From: Candidatus Woesearchaeota archaeon
GTDB taxonomy: Archaea; Nanobdellota; Nanobdellia; Pacearchaeales; GW2011-AR1
DNA length: 46,531 nt
Assembly: GCA_964528215.1 (NCBI GenBank)
Contig: CAZGSA010000001.1
Coordinates: 1 to 46,531, forward strand
Direction: 5' to 3'
Part shown: piece after piece, positions 18,437 to 27,211 of the stretch
How the letters are laid out: each line of letters opens with the position of its first letter
Numbering within the stretch: the first letter of the stretch is position 1
The notes under the pieces: model-generated
The model's input: only the letters and a program-made list of their open reading frames with translations
What the model was told of the DNA's origin: nothing
Databases searched by the model: none
Made by a program: the position numbers and the translations under genes

Positions 18437-20002
18437 TCAATCTATATTTGATATCTCTATTTTTAATTCATCACTATAAAAAGGCCTAGAATCATATTTT
18501 AAGATTCTATTATCAATCAAAATTCCTGTTTTTTCTCTTATTAAACGACCAAGTTGCCCTGTAACATTATTTTCAACTAAAATAACTTTTTTTGCTTTTT
18601 GAATCTCACTTTTAATCTCATTTGAAAGAGGCTTCATATAAAGAACCTGTAAAACCTTGTAATCCCCTTTTTTTGTTTTTATAGAATTATCAATTAAATC
18701 TACAGCATCTAAAACAGCAGTCTTTGTTGAACCCCAACAAATAATAAGATTTTTAGCATCTGAATTTCCATAAGTCTTAATCATCTGAAATTTATTACAC
18801 TCTTGTTTTATTTTTTTATATTTTTCTAATCTTTTTTCTGCTCCTTGTTTAGTTAGCAAAGCATCTTCAGTAGTATTCCCAGATTCATCATGTTCATAGC
18901 TACTTGCTTTAACAATTCCCTCTCCTGGAACTTTTCTATTTACTTTTATACTTATTTTTTTGTTAGATTTTCTATCAGAACTAAACTCACTTTCTGCTAA
19001 ATGTTTATCTGAAAGAATTATAGAAAGAGTTTTGAATTTTTCAGCTAAATAAAAAGCCTCATTTGTTTTTTCAATACATTCTATGGGGTCTCCTGGAGCA
19101 ATTACAATTCTAGGAAATTCTCCATGCCCTCCCCTTAATGCAATATCTAAATCACACTGGGTTGAATAAGTTGGAACTCCTGTTCCAGGACCAGGACGAG
19201 AGGCTAAATAAACTACTAAAGGTATCTCAGACATTCCTTGCAAACTTAAACCTTCTGTCATTAAATCATAACCCCCTCCTGAAGTGCCCACCATAACTTT
19301 AGCACCTGCAAAACTTGCCCCTAAACCAGCATTAACAACTGCAATTTCATTTTCAGGTTGAAAAACCATGCAATTTTTGTCTAAACCATTATTAAGTTGT
19401 TTACTTGCTATCTCATGCATAACTCCTGTTGCAGGAGTCATTGGATATGCAAGATATAAATTAATATTAGAATTAATAGCACCATCTGCAATTGCCTTGC
19501 TTCCAGACATTATTTTAATATTTTTATTATTTAATTTGTTTAATTTAAATTTAGATTCAATCTCACTTTCATAACCTTTTTCAGCAATAGAATCAGACAC
19601 TTTATTGTGAAATTCTTTTTCAATCTCATCTATTAAAACCTGTTTATCAATGCCTAAAATTTTTATCAAAGCACCTGCTAAAGCAATATTAAGATTTCTT
19701 CCTAAATCTTCTTTAAATTTATCAAAACTGATTATAAATCCATTTTTTTTCAATTTATTTTCATGAACTTTAATAGTATTTTCATCCATAGCAATAATTC
19801 CATCTAGTTTTGATTCAATACTCCCAATCCTAGAATCACTAATAGAAAGAACATTGAAATTATGCCCACCCCTAATTAAACTTGGATAATCTCTATAATT
19901 AAAAGTAAAATAACCTTGTTTATTTAAGATAGTTGAAACAATAATAGAAATCTTATTAATCCCTTGTCCTGCTCTTCCGCCAATTAAAATATTTAGCCTC
20001 AT
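18437..20002 (-). CDS. 2-oxoacid:ferredoxin oxidoreductase fused gamma-alpha subunit
   Basis: N-terminal gamma-like ILIGGRAGQGINKIS, then alpha-like YPMTPAT and GGGYDLMTEGL. The track start at 20017 is GTG. The ATG at 20002, preceded by GGTGAT, is more likely. Confidence 0.85.
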   Translation of the reverse strand: MRLNILIGGRAGQGINKISIIVSTILNKQGYFTFNYRDYPSLIRGGHNFNVLSISDSRIGSIESKLDGIIAMDENTIKVHENKLKKNGFIISFDKFKEDLGRNLNIALAGALIKILGIDKQVLIDEIEKEFHNKVSDSIAEKGYESEIESKFKLNKLNNKNIKIMSGSKAIADGAINSNINLYLAYPMTPATGVMHEIASKQLNNGLDKNCMVFQPENEIAVVNAGLGASFAGAKVMVGTSGGGYDLMTEGLSLQGMSEIPLVVYLASRPGPGTGVPTYSTQCDLDIALRGGHGEFPRIVIAPGDPIECIEKTNEAFYLAEKFKTLSIILSDKHLAESEFSSDRKSNKKISIKVNRKVPGEGIVKASSYEHDESGNTTEDALLTKQGAEKRLEKYKKIKQECNKFQMIKTYGNSDAKNLIICWGSTKTAVLDAVDLIDNSIKTKKGDYKVLQVLYMKPLSNEIKSEIQKAKKVILVENNVTGQLGRLIREKTGILIDNRILKYDSRPFYSDELKIEISNID

Positions 20003-20221
20003 TTTAAAAACAATCACCTTTATTATAAAATTTTACAACATATTTAAATATATCTGATAATTTTATAACATAGATTAAAAAGATAGATTAGCCCTATTAA
20101 AAGAGAGAATATCAATATCCCTCAATAATTTATAAACCTTTGATTTATAAATTTAAAAAATCAAAAGTTTTATTTTATAATTAAGAACATAAAATAAATT
20201 ATCAAGGCTAAATATAAAAAA

Positions 20222-20683
20222 ATGAAATCAAAATACAGAAAAGCAGTTTTTGTCATTGTTTATAGAATAGAAAAAAATAATATTAAATATCTTTTATTAA
20301 AAAGAAAACTTCACTGGAAAGGATGGGAGTTTCCAAAAGGAGGCATAAAAGATAAAGAGAGTTTATTAAAAACAGTCAAAAGAGAAATAAAAGAAGAAAC
20401 ATCTCAAGATACATTTAATATAAAAGATTATAAATTATCTGGAAAATATAAATATAATAAGATTTATCCAGATAGGCCTGGAATTATTGGGCAAACTTAT
20501 AAATTATTTTCAGCAGAAATTAAGAACAAAAAAGTAAAGATTAGTAAAAAAGAACATTCTTCTTATGTTTGGAAAGATTATAAAAACACTTTAAAACTTT
20601 TAACATGGTCAAATCAGAGAAAATGTTTAAAATATGTAAATAAAAGATTAGAAGAATTATATAACTCTCCTAAAAGAAAATAA
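20222..20683 (+). CDS. Nudix hydrolase
   Basis: 153-aa ORF with Nudix box GGIKDKESLLKTVKREIKEETS (Gx5Ex7REUxEExxU). Confidence 0.85.
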   Translation: MKSKYRKAVFVIVYRIEKNNIKYLLLKRKLHWKGWEFPKGGIKDKESLLKTVKREIKEETSQDTFNIKDYKLSGKYKYNKIYPDRPGIIGQTYKLFSAEIKNKKVKISKKEHSSYVWKDYKNTLKLLTWSNQRKCLKYVNKRLEELYNSPKRK

Positions 20684-20903
20684 CCAATACAAAGGTATTA
20701 ATATAATATAAATTTTAGAATTAAAAGAGATAAATAAAATTTAGAATATAATCCCTCAAGTTATTCAGGTAGAAGAATTAGGAAAATATTAAATTTAGTG
20801 TAAGGATTTAAGAGAATATAGAAAAAATCTATACATTATTATAAAGAAAACTAAGATTATTAAATGTAAGGAAATATCAAAAAAAATATCAGAATAAAAC
20901 AAA

Positions 20904-22445
20904 ATGGAAATAAATGAATTTTGGAAAGAAAAAGAAAAAAATATCATTCTTCATAACAATAAAATGAATATTATTGAATCTTGTATAGATAGACACTCTC
21001 AAAAAACACCAGACAAAATAGCTTTATTTTTTAAAGATGAAACCAATGAAATAAAATATACTTATAGGCAATTGCAAGAGGAAATAAGCAAGTTTTCAAA
21101 TTTATTAAATTCATTAGAAATTAAAAAGAATTCAAGAATATTTATCTTTCTTCCAAAAATACCAGAATTATATATTAATTTTCTAGGCACAATTAAACAA
21201 GGAAGCATAGCAATACCTTTATTTGAAGCTTTTCAAGAACAAGGATTAGAACTAAGACTAAAAAAAGGAGATGCAGAGGTTTTAATAACAAACAAAGAAC
21301 TCTTAAAAAGAGTCTCAAAAGATATAAAACAAAAAATTCCTTCTTTAAAACATATTTTAGTTGTAGATTCTGAAGATTATAAAAATAAGATAAAAGAGCA
21401 AGCATTAGAATTTAAAACAGTTTTAAAAGAAAAACAAGATACAAGTTTAATGATTTTCACATCTTCAACAGCAGGAACTCCTGTTGCAGGAATAGAAATT
21501 TCTCACTATGCACTAGTTCAACAGTATTTTACAGCAGAATTTGCTCTAGGGTTAAATAAAGATTCTAACTATTGGTGCACAGCACATCCAGGATGGGTTA
21601 CTGGAAGCATCTATGGGATAATAGCCCCACTATCTATTGGATGTTCTATTTTTATTCTAGAACAGCATTTTGATGCTAAAAAATGGATTGAATTTGCAAA
21701 TAATAATAAAATTAATATTCTCTATACTGCACCTACTGCACTAAGATTGTTAAAACCAGTTATTAAAAAACAAGATTTAAAATTTGTAGAAAAAATAAAT
21801 TCAGTTGGAGAAGCACTTACAAAAGCAACATTTGATTTTTATAATGATTTAGGGATTAAAATAACAGATACTTATTGGCAGACAGAAACAGGGGCAATTG
21901 TTATTGCAAATACAGAACATAAATATGCAAGTATGGGAAAACCAATCCCAGGTATAACTGCTGAAATTAAGGATAATGCAATTGCCTTAAAACCTGATTT
22001 CCCATCACTAATGACAGGGATTTATAAACATCCTAAAATGTTTGATAGTTATTTTAAAGACAATTGGTTTAAAACAAATGATAATGCAACCCTAGAAAAT
22101 GGATATTTCTTTTTTATAGGCAGAGGAGATGATATTATTAAAACTTCTGGAGAAAGAGTAAGCCCTATTGAAATAGAATCTATTTTAATGAAACATAAAT
22201 CAGTTCATGAAGCAGCAGTCATAGGAGTTCCAGATAAAATTAAAGGAAGTATTTTAAAAGCATTTATTGTTTTGAATTCAAACATTAAACAAACTAAAGA
22301 ATTAAAAGAAGAGCTAAGCATGTTTGTAAAAGAGAATTATGCAGGTCATTCTTATCCCAAACAGATTCAATTTATAGAATCTCTTCCAAAAACAAATTCT
22401 GGCAAAATTATAAGAATGGAATTAAGAAATCTTGAAAAATCTTAA
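20904..22445 (+). CDS. AMP-forming acyl-CoA/acetyl-CoA synthetase family enzyme
   Basis: 513-aa ORF. Adenylate-forming motifs YWQTETG, GRGDDIIKTSGERVSPIEIES and LPKTNSGKIIR. The P-loop-like motif TSSTAGTPVAG is degenerate. Confidence 0.85.
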   Translation: MEINEFWKEKEKNIILHNNKMNIIESCIDRHSQKTPDKIALFFKDETNEIKYTYRQLQEEISKFSNLLNSLEIKKNSRIFIFLPKIPELYINFLGTIKQGSIAIPLFEAFQEQGLELRLKKGDAEVLITNKELLKRVSKDIKQKIPSLKHILVVDSEDYKNKIKEQALEFKTVLKEKQDTSLMIFTSSTAGTPVAGIEISHYALVQQYFTAEFALGLNKDSNYWCTAHPGWVTGSIYGIIAPLSIGCSIFILEQHFDAKKWIEFANNNKINILYTAPTALRLLKPVIKKQDLKFVEKINSVGEALTKATFDFYNDLGIKITDTYWQTETGAIVIANTEHKYASMGKPIPGITAEIKDNAIALKPDFPSLMTGIYKHPKMFDSYFKDNWFKTNDNATLENGYFFFIGRGDDIIKTSGERVSPIEIESILMKHKSVHEAAVIGVPDKIKGSILKAFIVLNSNIKQTKELKEELSMFVKENYAGHSYPKQIQFIESLPKTNSGKIIRMELRNLEKS

Positions 22446-22578
22446 ATCAGATTTTTCAGATAAAAAATAGTCTTTTATTGAAGAAAGATTTTTTGAATAT
22501 GAGAAGGTTGAATTTTACTGAAAATTATTAATAATAATTTAACGAAAGCTTTTTATATAGTATTTTGTAATATATATT

Positions 22579-24012
22579 ATGAAAAAGTTAGTAATATTGT
22601 TAGGAATGTTAATGGTATTAGTTAGCACTTTAAATTTTGTTCTTGCAACTGAATTTACTGAACCAGGAACTTATGAAATTAAACCAGGAGATACTATAAC
22701 TTTTAATGATTTAACTGTTCAAGTTATAGATATAAAAACTAATGATAATAATGTTTCATGGGAGGAAGATTTTGGTAGGGAAATGGTTTATTTGGGTACA
22801 CCTGGATTAGGTTTTTATGTTTATGTCGATGAGAAAATGGAACTTGTTAAGGCAAAATATTCTAGTGAGAAACCAATAGCAGTTATTGTAAATTCTATTG
22901 ATATAGAAAATAAAAAAGCAGAAGTTCAATTTATTGATAACTATGATGATTGCATATTAGAATATAAGAAGAAATGTCAAGATTCTGATGTTTATTGGGA
23001 AGATAGTTGTGGAAGAACTGGAGAACTTTTAGAAGATTGTGACAGTGAAGGGTGCGAAACAACTTATGGTTCAGGAAAATGTATTAATCAAGGAAGCAAT
23101 TGTATTCCAAATTATACATCCTATTGTTATCATTTAGATGCTTATTGGAGAGATAGTTGTGGAAATGAAGGCGGTTTAAAAAAGGACTGTAGAGATGGAT
23201 GTTTAGAGGGGGAATGTAAAGAGAATATTTTAATAGAAAAAGATAGCCCAACATGTGGAGATGGAATATGCAATTTTAAGGATTTTGAATCAATTTATAT
23301 GGGTAGTAAAGATGGACAAGCACAATTTGAAGGGTGTTTTGAAGACTGTCCAAGTGATATAAATGACCCTCTTGACATGATTGTGGAATATCATATGAGG
23401 TATGATTCAGAAGGAAAAAGAGAGAATTCTGAAGATTATTATTATTTAAGAATAAATAACGAAGGTAATGAAAGAGTAGATATTGCTGATTTAATATTTG
23501 TTGTTACTGGAATAGATAGGGGAATAACCCAATATAATTTGTTCAATGAATTTTCTGGTGAAATTAACTCTGGAGAGAAAAAAGAATTTAAAGTAAAAAC
23601 TGGCTTTTCGGGCTCTTTGTCTGAAAGTTTATGTGGAGAAGAATTTTCATTTGCTCTAAGAAAGAAAGATACTGATAGACTATATCATTTTAATGGTGGT
23701 AAATTTTTAAAATGTGTTGATTCATATCCTGTAGAACCTGTTGAAAATAAACCTTTAGATATTCCAGAAGTAGATGAAAAGAAATTTTATGATTGTCAAG
23801 GTTGTGAATTAGATAAAAAATGTTATTCATTTGGATATAGAAAATCAAAAAAATATTGTTCTGATGAGGGAGATTTTAAACTTCAGTTAAAAACAGAAAG
23901 TACTTGTGAGAATAACTTTGAATGTGATAGTAATGTCTGTGTTGATGATAAGTGCGTAAGTGGTAGTTTAATATGGAAGATTATTAACTGGTTTAAAAGA
24001 TTATTTAGTTAA
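22579..24012 (+). CDS. Secreted cysteine-rich protein, unknown function
   Basis: 477-aa ORF. Signal peptide MKKLVILLGMLMVLVSTLNFVLA. Repeated C..D.YW.DSCG motif, a CGDGIC motif, and C-terminal Cys modules. Confidence 0.7.
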   Translation: MKKLVILLGMLMVLVSTLNFVLATEFTEPGTYEIKPGDTITFNDLTVQVIDIKTNDNNVSWEEDFGREMVYLGTPGLGFYVYVDEKMELVKAKYSSEKPIAVIVNSIDIENKKAEVQFIDNYDDCILEYKKKCQDSDVYWEDSCGRTGELLEDCDSEGCETTYGSGKCINQGSNCIPNYTSYCYHLDAYWRDSCGNEGGLKKDCRDGCLEGECKENILIEKDSPTCGDGICNFKDFESIYMGSKDGQAQFEGCFEDCPSDINDPLDMIVEYHMRYDSEGKRENSEDYYYLRINNEGNERVDIADLIFVVTGIDRGITQYNLFNEFSGEINSGEKKEFKVKTGFSGSLSESLCGEEFSFALRKKDTDRLYHFNGGKFLKCVDSYPVEPVENKPLDIPEVDEKKFYDCQGCELDKKCYSFGYRKSKKYCSDEGDFKLQLKTESTCENNFECDSNVCVDDKCVSGSLIWKIINWFKRLFS

Positions 24013-24112
24013 GATTATTTTTCTAACCCCTGCCTTTAAAATCAATTCATCATTCTGGATAATTTTTCATATAACCCTGACATTCTTTTGAACTTCTTGT
24101 GGTTGATAATTT

Positions 24113-24352
24113 TTATCTTTTCTTAGAAATCTTTTTAAGATTTCTTGCAAGAATTGCTCTTTCTTCTAAAAGTCTTGTTACTTTAATCTTTTTCTTCCCT
24201 ATTTTGGTAGGATTAGTAATTGTATCTCCAGCCCTTGCATTAATTATTGCATCTAACAAACTAACTGGAATCTTCTTATTATTAGGAATTTCTAATTGTT
24301 TATGCAAGGCCCCTTTCTTAACCCCTATCTTCTGAATCCATTTTATTGCCAT
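24113..24352 (-). CDS. Small basic protein, unknown function
   Basis: 79-aa Lys-rich ORF (KKGALHKQLEIP...). Preferred over the hydrophobic antisense ORF at 24099-24335. Confidence 0.5.
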   Translation of the reverse strand: MAIKWIQKIGVKKGALHKQLEIPNNKKIPVSLLDAIINARAGDTITNPTKIGKKKIKVTRLLEERAILARNLKKISKKR

Positions 24353-24560
24353 TTTAATTTCATCATTTAGTTATCTAAACTAGTAATTAAATATTTATAA
24401 ATTTATTGAGATATCAGCAAATATCAATAATCTAATGTAAATCTGTTCTCATCAGATAATTGCTAATCATCCACGCAACATAAATAAAAGATATCAGAAT
24501 CCCAGATTCATAACTTTTCTTCTAATAGATTATTAACATGTAGCACATCATCAGAATAAA

Positions 24561-25340
24561 TTACCATCTCCAGTTATAAGTTTGTGTTGCAAATTCATAT
24601 CTTGGTTTGTAATAATAATTATCATAATACTTATCTTCACACTCCCACTCTTCACACTCCCAATCAATACATTCATAGTCATAACATCTTCTCCCATAAT
24701 AAGAACTATAACCAGTATTCCAGCTAGAACATCTTTTTTCTACACAATTCCATTTCTCGCAAACACAATCTTTATAGTCCTGAGTTTTGTAAGGCTCTTT
24801 ATATCTCCAGTTTGAGTTATAGATAGGAACACTATAATCTGGTTTTTGACTATAATCTTTATAATCCTTTTTAGAATTTCCACTGCCTAATTTTAAAACA
24901 TACTGGTCTTTTTTTCTATTACTTGTATCCCATAAAAAATCCCAATCAATCCAGTTATAATCCTCATATCCATAATCATCCCCCCTATCTTCATATTTTT
25001 TATAATCTATCTCAACATCTCTTTTCTCTTTAATAGAAATTTTCTCTTTTTCATAACCTTCTTTATCCCTTTTTTCATATTCTGCTATTTTCTCATAATC
25101 ACTTGATTCTTTATAATAATCACTATTAGAGTAATCTTTATTATCCCAATTAAGATATATAGACTTAGAATTTCTTAAATTATCTGTGTCACTATATTTA
25201 TTATAATCTGTAGGAATTCCACAATCATAATAATATCCCCCTGTTCCCTTGCATAAATAAGCAGCAACAAAGTTAGTAGAAAATATAACTAGTATTAATC
25301 CAATGACTAAAATTAATAGAGAGAATAGATTTTTATTCAT
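24561..25340 (-). CDS. Secreted Tyr/Asp/Lys-rich protein with Cys/Trp-rich C-terminus
   Basis: 259-aa ORF. Signal peptide MNKNLFSLLILVIGLILVIFSTNFVAA. Low-complexity Y/D/K/E core. C-terminal WNCVEKRC and IDWECEEWECED. Confidence 0.65.
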   Translation of the reverse strand: MNKNLFSLLILVIGLILVIFSTNFVAAYLCKGTGGYYYDCGIPTDYNKYSDTDNLRNSKSIYLNWDNKDYSNSDYYKESSDYEKIAEYEKRDKEGYEKEKISIKEKRDVEIDYKKYEDRGDDYGYEDYNWIDWDFLWDTSNRKKDQYVLKLGSGNSKKDYKDYSQKPDYSVPIYNSNWRYKEPYKTQDYKDCVCEKWNCVEKRCSSWNTGYSSYYGRRCYDYECIDWECEEWECEDKYYDNYYYKPRYEFATQTYNWRW

Positions 25341-25415
25341 AAAAATAACAAAATTATGAAATATTTAAGCATTATTATATTGCAGGATAATAAGGGAAAA
25401 ATAATAAAATAAAAA

Positions 25416-25496
25416 CGCCACCAGTAGGAATCGAACCTACGAGCCCCGGAGGGCGAAGCTTAGCAAGCTCCTGCAATACCATTATGCGATGGTGGC
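25416..25496 (-). tRNA. tRNA-Ser (anticodon GCU)
   Basis: 81-nt cloverleaf. Acceptor GCCACCA/TGGTGGC, anticodon stem GGAGC/GCTTC with loop TTGCTAA, long variable arm GCCCTCCGGGGC, T-arm GTAGG-TTCGATT-CCTAC, discriminator G. TATA-like tatataaaaa lies 22-31 nt upstream and a T-tract follows downstream. Confidence 0.9.
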
Positions 25497-25602
25497 TTAG
25501 ATATTAAGATATTTTACTATATAAAAAGTTAATTGTTACAGATTTTTAAAGTTGATTTTTGTAATAAGTTAATTTTATTAAACCACTTTTCTTCAAAAGA
25601 CT

Positions 25603-26268
25603 ATGAAATTAGGAATCTTATTTTCAGGAGGCAAGGATAGTGTATTTGCAACTTATCTTGCAAAAAAATTAGGATATGAAGTCCCTTGTTTAATCAGTAT
25701 TATCTCTGAAAATAAAGAAAGTTACATGTTTCATACCCCTTCAATTTCAAAAGTTGAAAAACAAGCAAAAGCTATGAACATCCCTTTAATTCTAGAAAAA
25801 ACCAGGGGGAAAAAAGAAATTGAATTAAAAGACTTAGAAAGAGCAATTAAAATTGCTGTAGATAAATATCAAATTCAAGGGATTGTAACAGGAGCAATTG
25901 ATTCTATTTATCAATCCTCAAGAATTCAAAAGATTTGTAATAAATTAAAATTAGAATGTTTTAATCCCTTATGGCAAAAAGATCAAATAGAGCTTTTAGA
26001 GGATTTGATTAAAAACAAATTCAAGGTTATTATTTCAGGGGTTTTTGCATACCCTTTAACAAAAGAATGGTTGGGAAAACAAATAAACAAAGACTTTCTT
26101 ACCCAGATAAGAAAATTAAATGAAAAATATAAAATAAATCCTGCAGGAGAAGGTGGAGAATTTGAGACTTTTGTTCTTGATTGTCCTTTATTCAGAAAAT
26201 CTCTAAAAATAAAAAATAAAAAAATAACAGGTGAAAAAAATTCTTGGGTGATGGAGATAACAATATGA
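25603..26268 (+). CDS. dph6: Dph6/MJ0570-type PP-loop ATP pyrophosphatase (diphthine-ammonia ligase family)
   Basis: 221-aa ORF. PP-loop FSGGKDS and family hallmark GEGGEFETFVLD. Confidence 0.8.
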   Translation: MKLGILFSGGKDSVFATYLAKKLGYEVPCLISIISENKESYMFHTPSISKVEKQAKAMNIPLILEKTRGKKEIELKDLERAIKIAVDKYQIQGIVTGAIDSIYQSSRIQKICNKLKLECFNPLWQKDQIELLEDLIKNKFKVIISGVFAYPLTKEWLGKQINKDFLTQIRKLNEKYKINPAGEGGEFETFVLDCPLFRKSLKIKNKKITGEKNSWVMEITI

Positions 26269-26810
26269 AAAAAGTATTAATAGTAAATGTTTGTAAGGAG
26301 AAATTACATTATCTTGAATTTGTAAAACCTATTGAAGATATTTTAAAAAATAATAAGATTAAATTTAAAACTTTAATTTATAAAAATATTAATAAATCTC
26401 AATTAATTAAATACAATAAAATAATTATTAGTGGAACTTCTTTAAAAGATAATTATTTTCTAAAAGATATAGGCAAGTTTTCTTGGATTAAGGATACTGA
26501 GATACCTATTCTTGGAATTTGTTCTGGGATGCAGATAATAGGGTTAGAATTTGGAGGTAGATTAAAAAAGAAAACAGAAATAGGATTTTTTAAGGAAAAT
26601 TTTAAAAAAGATTTACTTGGATTAAAAAGAGAGCAAGAAGTTTACCATTTACACAATAATTATATAGAATTTACAGAACATTTTGAGATAATCTCTAAAA
26701 ATAATATAACTCAAGCAGTAAAACATAAATCAAAAGAAATATATGGGGTATTATTTCATCCAGAGGTTAGAAATAAGAAATTAATCTTAAATTTTATAGA
26801 TAAAAAATAG
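26265..26810 (+). CDS. Class I glutamine amidotransferase (GuaA subunit A-like)
   Basis: Catalytic Cys in ILGICSGMQIIG and His-Glu in LFHPEV. The ATG at 26265 overlaps the Dph6 stop (ATGA). The track start at 26244 is TTG. Confidence 0.75.
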   Translation: MKKVLIVNVCKEKLHYLEFVKPIEDILKNNKIKFKTLIYKNINKSQLIKYNKIIISGTSLKDNYFLKDIGKFSWIKDTEIPILGICSGMQIIGLEFGGRLKKKTEIGFFKENFKKDLLGLKREQEVYHLHNNYIEFTEHFEIISKNNITQAVKHKSKEIYGVLFHPEVRNKKLILNFIDKK

Positions 26811-26830
26811 GCTTTCTAGTTTTTATATCT

Positions 26831-26949
26831 CTTGCCAACCCTGAAGGGCGTGGCTTAGCAATCCTACTCCTCAAAGCAATTTCTTATTTTATCTATTCAC
26901 TAAATACTAAAATTGCTTTTGCTCGACAACACCACTATGCGATGTGGGC
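26831..26949 (-). ncRNA. Truncated tRNA-Ser-like element 1 (5' two-thirds of the tRNA, no T-arm; possible pseudogene)
   Basis: Minus strand reads GCCCACATCGCATAGTGGTGTTGTCGAGC, then a 60-nt hairpin module, then AGGATTGCTAAGCCACGCCCTTCAGGG. This is homologous to the tRNA-Ser from position 1 through the variable arm. A TATA-like box lies 26-31 nt upstream. Confidence 0.6.
26865..26924 (-). repeat. 60-nt hairpin module inserted in tRNA-like element 1
   Basis: GAGC-AAAAGCAATTTT...AAATTGCTTTG-AGGAGTA. The stem AAAGCAATT/AATTGCTTT encloses an AT-rich loop. The same module is present twice in element 3. Confidence 0.8.
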
Positions 26950-26964
26950 ATGTGAAGATAGATT

Positions 26965-26985
26965 ATTTTAAGAATTTAAAGGTTT
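26965..26985 (-). promoter_or_regulatory. Conserved BRE/TATA-like promoter motif of tRNA-like element 1
   Basis: The 21-mer attttaagaatttaaaggttt is identical at 28033-28053. The TATA core tttaaa lies 26-31 nt from the first G of the element. Confidence 0.55.
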
Positions 26986-27016
26986 GTTTTTTTATTATTT
27001 TATCCAAACCATCACC

Positions 27017-27211
27017 TTATCTACTAACTGCCCTCAACAACCTTATCTTTTCCTTACCCTCTTCAGTTTCAGCTAGCTTTGAATAAAATCTTCTTGCCAT
27101 GATTATCTGAGCATTAACAAAATCCTTAAATTTTGATTTCCATTTATCAGGATTATCACGAACATATTCTGCCCATCTTTCAATTTGTTCTGAATGTGTT
27201 TTATCTCTCAT
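27017..27211 (-). CDS. Small helical protein, partner of the NTase-fold protein
   Basis: 64-aa ORF whose ATG overlaps the stop of 27208-27783 by 4 nt (ATGA). Confidence 0.5.
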   Translation of the reverse strand: MRDKTHSEQIERWAEYVRDNPDKWKSKFKDFVNAQIIMARRFYSKLAETEEGKEKIRLLRAVSR

